DNA of 64,000 nt from Mustelus asterias (Eukaryota), in NCBI RefSeq assembly GCF_964213995.1, contig NC_135808.1:23374001-23438000 (forward strand). Reading direction: 5' to 3'. Shown one piece after another: positions 57,601-64,000 of this stretch. The position numbers and the translations under genes were made by a program. Numbering within the stretch: the stretch's first letter is position 1; every line of letters begins with the position of its first letter. Under the pieces are notes generated by a model. That model had not been told where the DNA came from and did not search any database. It saw only the letters and a list, made by a program, of their open reading frames with translations.

Positions 57601-59488
57601 ATCGAAAACCAGGGTTGATTTCTCGAGGGATAGAATTGTAAAGTAGGGATTTTATTGCTAAACCTGCATCAAACCTTGGTTAGACCACATTTAAAGACCG
57701 AGTGCAGTTCCGGTCACCATTTCATACAAAGGATATAGAGTCAGGGGAGAGAGTGTCGAGAAGATTTACAGAGATTATTCCAGAAATGAGTGGGTGGACA
57801 TCTCAGGAAAGGATTCACCGGCTGGGTCTCTGCTCTCGGGAAAACAGAAGGCTGAGGGTTGATTTAATCGAGGATTTAAAATTAGGGAAGTTTTTTTTAT
57901 AGAGCGGACACATCGAGAGTGTTCCTCTTGTGGGAAGAGCATATCCAGTGGCCATCAATACAAGAAACCCAATGGGGAATTCATGAGAAACCTCTTCACC
58001 CAAAGAGTGATGAGAATGTGGAGCTCGCTGCTACAGGGAGTGGCTGAACTGAACAGTATAGTTTAAGGGGAGGATAGACAAGCAAATGAGGGAGAGGGGA
58101 ATAGAGTTAAAATGGTCGAATTAGATGAGGAATAATGGGAGGAGCCTCAGGTGGAACATTAACACCAGCATCAATAGATGGGCTGAAAGGCCATTTTCTA
58201 TGTTGTATATCCTGTGTTTCCTGATTCACTCTCTCTCTGATTCACTCCCACATTTCTCTTTCTTTCTCTCTGATTCACTCTCTCATTCTGTCTCTCTGAT
58301 CTTTCTCTGTCTCTCATTCTCTCTCTTCCTCACTCTTAGTTGCTCATCCTCTCTCTCATTCTCTCCCACTCGCTCACATTCTATTTCACTCTGATTCTCA
58401 CTTTTCCCTCTCCCTGATTCACTCAGTCTCTCTGATTCTCTCTCTCTAACAGAACCAAAGTCTCGCTCCCAGGTTGCTGTTACTGTCGGGATTGTGGTCG
58501 GGGTCCTCGTGCTCATCGCTCTCATCATTGTGGCTGTCGTCATCTACAACAAGAAAGGTAGGAATTGGAGGGAAAAGAGCGGTGGGTGAACTGTAGTGGA
58601 TCCAGGCAGTCCGGGAGGCTGGAATTGATTCGTGCCATGACTAGCCTTTCGAATCATTTCATAATGATGGATGTCAGAGCCACCGGATGACAGCTCACTG
58701 GGGGCAGGGATTCTGGGAGAGTATTCCAGGGTGGCGGTGGCTCAGGCTGTGGGTCTCAGGTTGGTGTGGGGGTGGGGAGGGGGTGGGTGGGCGGGTGGAA
58801 GAGTTGCAGGGTTGGGATAGGGACAGTAAGGGGCTCATGATAAAGGGGGAGTGTCTGAGAATTGTGGGAAGGGCCACAAATTGGATGAGGACTTCAGCGT
58901 ATCAGTGAGGGCTCAGGTAACAGTGAGGGTCTAGGGACAGGAACCGGAGTGTGGGTCCAGGGTCAGCGTGTGAGTGAGGGTCCAGGGTCAGGGTGGGAGT
59001 GAGGGTCTCTGGTTGTGGTGGGAGTGAGGGTTCAGAGTTGTGTTGTAGGGGCTCAGTGCGAGTGAGAGTTCCAGCCTCTGTCTCTGATTTTCTCTCAGTC
59101 TCGTCTCTCACTGAGCATTCCATGTTTTACAGGGAGAGGGAAGAGCAACTACAATCCTGCAAATAGTAAGCTGATCATCAAACATTGTCCCTGTGCAACT
59201 GTGTACATGATTGTTCATTCTGTTTCAAATATAGTGTGTGCGTGTGCGTGTGCGTGCATCGTGCGTTTCTGTGTGGGTGTGTGGGCTTCTGTGTGTCGCC
59301 GTTAGTATGGGTGTGTGAGAACCTCTTTCTCTGTGTCTGTCTGTCTATGTCTCTCTCATTCTCTCATTATCATATCCACAGTCTCTGCCTCTGTCTCTCT
59401 GATGTTGAACAATGTTTTAACACCTCTTCTTCCTTTAACAGCTTCTGATGATGGGGATTCCTCATCCAGATCCTCCACAAGTACCTGA
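54287..59488 (+). CDS. MHC class I heavy chain, probably non-classical (gene D); exons 54287..54350, 54653..54913, 55217..55489, 56042..56305, 58453..58557, 59133..59165, 59442..59488
   Basis: Same 7-exon structure and sizes, open frame; two extra cysteines in alpha2 (IHVCQ, KNWCN). Confidence 0.93.
54351..54516. repeat. 63-bp tandem repeat in intron 1 of gene D (2 full units plus a partial)
   Basis: Same unit as in genes B and C. Confidence 0.88.
55490..55976. repeat. ~25-bp G-rich minisatellite in intron 3 of gene D with a degenerate, very G-rich core
   Basis: Regular units at both ends, irregular G-runs at about 55660-55865. Confidence 0.9.
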
Positions 59489-59879
59489 GGTATGAACTGT
59501 GTTGATAAATATTGGGAGCTGATCCTTCTAACTGGGATATTCCCGCTGGATTTAGCTGTACAATCTGGTGGGTGGGCTGTGAGCTCAGTGTCTGTCTCTC
59601 ACTCTATAGTCACTAAAGAGCAGCTCATCCAATCCAACACTGAGCTTTGAGACTGGCCTTCTGGAGACGGCTGTTCCTGTACAGTCTGAGGGTGGAGACA
59701 TTGTGTGTTTTAACCTGTAGAGACATCCGGAAACATCTCACCCTGGACAGCCTCCTCTGAGCTGCTCAATTTCCTGAAGGAATTTGTAACTCCCAGACTT
59801 TTCCCTGAAGTTGGTCACTGAGCTGTGCCGCTCCCACAGGTTTTTATTTTAGTCGTGTTTTGTGATTTGTCTGATCATT

Positions 59880-60282
59880 AGCTGGATGTTTGGGGTGTAC
59901 AGTAGAGTTTAGGAGTTAAGCTGGTGATTGGTGGTCTGATGGGTTTAGCTGGTGTTTGGTGCTCTATTGGGTTTAGCTGGTGTTTGCGGCTCTGATGAGT
60001 TTAACTGATGTTAAGGAGTCTGATGGGTTTAGCTGGTGTTTGGGGATCTGATGGGTTTAGCTGGTGTTTGGGGGTCTGATGGGTTTAACTGATGTTAAGG
60101 AGTCTGATGGGTTTAGCTGGTGTTTGGGGATCTGATGGGTTTAGCTGGTGTTTGGGGGTCTGATGAGTTTAACTGATGTTAAGGAGTCTGATGGGTTTTG
60201 CTGGTGTTTGGGTATCTGATGGGTTTTGCTGGTGTTTGGGGATCTGATGGGTTTTGCTGGTGTTTGGGGGTCTGATGGGTTT
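59880..60282. repeat. ~29-bp satellite downstream of gene D (continues at 62373..62805)
   Basis: Visible tandem array split by a CR1 insertion. Confidence 0.9.
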
Positions 60283-62372
60283 TAAGAAGAAAGAATAAAG
60301 AGCAATACAGCACAGGAACAGGCCCTTCGGCCCTCCAAGCCCGTGCCGCTCCCTGGTCCAAACTCGACCATTCTTTTCTATCCCTCCATTCCCACTCCGT
60401 TCATATGGCTATCTAGATAAGTCTTAAACATTCCCAGTGTGTCCGCCTCCACCACCTTGCCTGGCAGCGCATTCCAGGCCCCCACCACCCTCTGTGTAAA
60501 ATATGTCCTTCTGATATCTGTGTTAAACCTCCCCCCCTGCCTTCACCTTGAACCTATAACCCCTCGTGAACGTCACCACCGACCTGGGGAAAAGCTTCCC
60601 ACCGTTCACCCTATCTATGCCTTTCATAATTTTATACACCTCTATTAAGTCTCCCCTCATCCTCCGTCTTTCCAGGGAGAACAACCCCAGTTTACCCAAT
60701 CTCTCCTCATAACTAAGCCCCTCCATACCAGGCAACATCCTGGTAAACCTCCTCTGCAGGCTCTCCAAAGCCTCCACGTCCTTCTGGTAGTGTAGTGTGG
60801 CGACCAGAACGGGACGCAGTATTCCAAATGTGGCCGAACCAACGTTCTATACATCTGCAACATCAGACGCCAACTTTTATACTCTATGCCCCGTCCTATA
60901 AAGGCAAGCATGCCATATGCCTTCTTCACCACCTTCTCCACCTGTGACGTCACCTTCAAGGATCTGTGGACTTGCACACCCAGGTCCCTCTGCGTATCTA
61001 CACCCTTTATGGTTCTGCCATTTATTGTATAGCTCCTCCCTACATTATTTCTACCAAAATGCGTCACTTCGCATTCATCAGGATTGAACTCCATCTGCCA
61101 TTTCTTGGCCCAAATTTCCAGCCTATCTATATCCTTCTGTTGCTTCTGACAATGCTCCTCACTATCTGCAAGTCCTGCCAACTTTGTGTCGTCCGCAAAC
61201 TTACTGATCACCCCAGTTACACCTTCTTCCAGATCGTTTATATAAATCACAAACAGCAGAGGTCCCAATACAGAGCCCTGCCGAACACCACTAGTCACAG
61301 GCCTCCAGCCAGAAAAAGACCCTTCCACTACCACCCTCTGTCTTCTGTGACCAAGCCAGTTCTCCACCCATCTAGCCACCGCCCCCTTTATCCCATGAGA
61401 TCCAACCTTTTTCACCAGCCTATCATGAGGGATTTTTTAAAACGCTTTACTAAAGTCCATATAGACCACATCCACGGCCCTTCCCTCGTCAACCATTCTG
61501 GTCACTCCTTCAAAAAACTCCACCAGGTTAGTGAGGCATGACCTCCCTCTCACAAAACCATGCTGACTATCATTAATGAGTTTATTCCTTTCTAAATGCG
61601 CATACATACTATCTCTAAGAATCTTCTCCAACAACTTCCCCACCACGGACGTCAAGCTCACCGGCCTATAGTTACCCGAGTTATCCTTCCTACCCTTCTT
61701 AAATAATGGGACCACATTAGCTATCCTCCAATCCTCTGGGACCTCACCTGCGTCCAGTGACGAGACAAAGATTTTCGTCAGAGGCCCAGCGATTTCATCT
61801 CTTGTCTCCCTGAGCAGCCTTGGATAGATTCCATCAGGCCCTGGGGATTTGTCTGTCTTTATATTCTCCAACAAACCTCACACTTCCTCCCTTATAATGG
61901 AGATTTTCTCTAACGGTTCAACATTCCGCTCCGAGACACTCCCAGTCAACACATCCCTCTCCTTTGTGAATACCGACGCAAAGTATTCATTTAGGATCTC
62001 CCCTACTTCTTTGGGCTCCAAGCATAATTCCCCACTTTTGTCCCTGAGAGGTCCGATTTTTTTCCTGACAACCCTTTTGTTCCTAACGTATGAATAAAAT
62101 GCCTTGGGATTCTCCTTAATCCTGTCTGCCAAGGACATTTCGTGACCCCTTTTTGCCCTTATAATTCCCCGTTTGAGTTCTTTCCTACTTTCTTTGTACT
62201 CCTCCAGAGCTCCCTCCGTTTTTAGCTACCTGGACCTAACATACGCCTCTCTTTTCTTTTTGACCAGTCCCTCAATTTCCCTGGTTATCCACGGTTCTCG
62301 AATCCTACCCTTCCTATCCTTTTTTACAGGCACATGCCTGTCCTGTAGCCCTAACAACTGTTCCTTAAAAGA
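60283..62372 (-). mobile_element. CR1 LINE ORF2 fragment (same insertion as 2674..4750)
   Basis: RT motifs on the minus strand; identical junctions in the satellite. Confidence 0.92.
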
Positions 62373-62805
62373 CTGGTGTTTGGGGCTCCGATGGGTTTTG
62401 CTGGTGTTTGGGGGTCAGATGGATTTTGCTGGTGTTTGGGGTCTGATGGGATTGGCTGGTGTTTGGGGCTCTGATGGTTTTTGCTGGTGTTTGGAATTAT
62501 GATGGGTTTAACTGGTGTTTGGGGCTCTGATGGGTTCAGCGGGTGTTTGGGGCTCTGATGGGTTTAGCTGGTGTTTGGGGCTCTGATGGGTTTAGCTGGT
62601 GTTTGGGGATCTGATGGGTTTTGCTGGTGTTTGGGGCTGTGATGGGTTTAGCTGGTGTTTGGGGCTCTGATGGGTTTAGCTGGTGTTTGGGGGTCTGATG
62701 GGTTTTGCTGGTGTTTGGGGCTCTTGTGCGTTTAGCTGGTGTTTTGGGGGTTTGATGGGTTTTGCTGGTGTTTGGGGGTCTGATGGGTTTTGCTGGTGTT
62801 TGTGG

Positions 62806-63720
62806 TCACAGAGTCATAGAGGTTTACAGCATGGAAACAGGCCCTTCGGTCCAACTTGTCCATGCAGCCCTTATATTTTTTTAAACACCCCGAAACTAAT
62901 CCCAATTGCCCGCATTTGGCCCATATCCCTCTATGCGCATCGTACCCATGTAACTATCTAAATGCTTTTTAAAATATAAAATTGGACCCGCCTCTACTAC
63001 TATCTCTGGCAGCTTGTTCCAGACACTCCCTATCCTCTGTGTGAAAAAATTGCACCTCCTGGACACTTTTATATCTCTCCCCTCTCACCTTAAACCTATG
63101 CCCTCGAGTTTTAGACTCCCCGACCTTTGGGAAAAGATATTGCCTCTCTACCTTGTCTATGCCCCTCATTATTTTATAGACCTCTATAAGGTCACCCCTT
63201 AGCCTCCTACACTCCAGAGAAAAAAGTCCCAGTCTATTCAGCCCCTCCTCATAACTCAATCCATCAAGTCCCGGTACCATCCTAGTAAATCTTTTCGGCA
63301 CTCTTTCTAGTTTAATAATATCCTTTCTATAATAGGGTCACCAGAATTGCATACAGCATTCCAAGTGTGGCCTTACCAATTCCTTGTACAACTTCAACAA
63401 GACGTCCCAACTCCGTATTCAATGTTCTGACCAATGAAACCAAGCATGCCGAACGCCTTCTTCACCACTCTGTCCACCTGTGACTCCACTTTCAAGGAGC
63501 TATGAACATGTACCCCTAGATCTCTTTGTTCTGTAACTCTCCCCAATGCCCGACCATTAACTGAGTAACTGCTGCCCTGGTTCAATCTACCAAAATGCAT
63601 CACCTCGCAGTTGTCTAAATTAAACTCCATCTGCCATTTGTCAGCCCACTGGCCCAATTGATCAAGATCCCGCTGCAATTGGAGATAACCTTCCTCACTG
63701 TCCACCATGCCACCAATCTT
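62806..63720 (-). mobile_element. CR1 LINE 3' fragment
   Basis: ORFs 62969..63301 and 63394..63708 mirror 1717..2049 and 1309..1680. Confidence 0.88.
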
Positions 63721-64000
63721 GGTCTGATGGGTTTTGCTCGTGTTTGGGGTCTGCTGGGTTTAGCTGGTGTTTGGAGGTCTGATGGAATTTGCTGCTGGTG
63801 TGTGGTTGGAATGTTGAAGGATAGAATATTTATGACTGAGAGCGAGGCCATTCAGCCCATCATATCCCTTCCTGTTCATGAAGAACTCTCCTGCTTAATC
63901 TCACCTCCTGTACTCGATCTGTAGCTCTGTCGATCACAGCTCTTCATATCGACGTCCAAGAATTGATTCAATGTGGTGAGAGTTTCTGCCTGTACCATCC

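Noticed and set aside
5714-59488. Calling the genes classical UAA, MR1, CD1 or a named shark lineage
   Set aside because: Several peptide-anchoring residues are lost, and lineage assignment needs a phylogeny that cannot be run here.

Overview
This is eukaryotic (vertebrate) genomic DNA, most likely from a shark or other cartilaginous fish (inferred from HE1/V-SINE-type SINEs, CR1 LINEs and shark-like class I sequences). The window holds a cluster of four apparently intact MHC class I heavy-chain genes, each with 7 coding exons (leader, alpha1, alpha2, alpha3, TM, two cytoplasmic; 1047 nt CDS, 348 aa). Gene A is on the minus strand (15082->5714), head-to-head with gene B (18399->25814), followed by tandem genes C (36431->42378) and D (54287->59488). 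Each gene has an S-X1-X2-Y promoter module. All four look non-classical: Y59, E63 and Y99 are lost and the F-pocket residues 143/146/147 are variably lost. Their alpha1/alpha2 grooves are strongly diversified while leader, alpha3, TM and tail are nearly identical. The cluster grew by roughly 17-18 kb tandem duplication plus an inverted duplication. Introns 1 and 3 carry minisatellites built from the exon's own 5' splice site. The rest of the window is CR1 LINE fragments, Penelope-like (GIY-YIG) elements with minimal hammerhead ribozymes, tRNA-derived SINEs and a ~29-bp satellite downstream of every gene. Most ORFs in the supplied track are repeat-derived or antisense artefacts. Residue numbers are HLA-A2 equivalents aligned by eye; no database searches were run.
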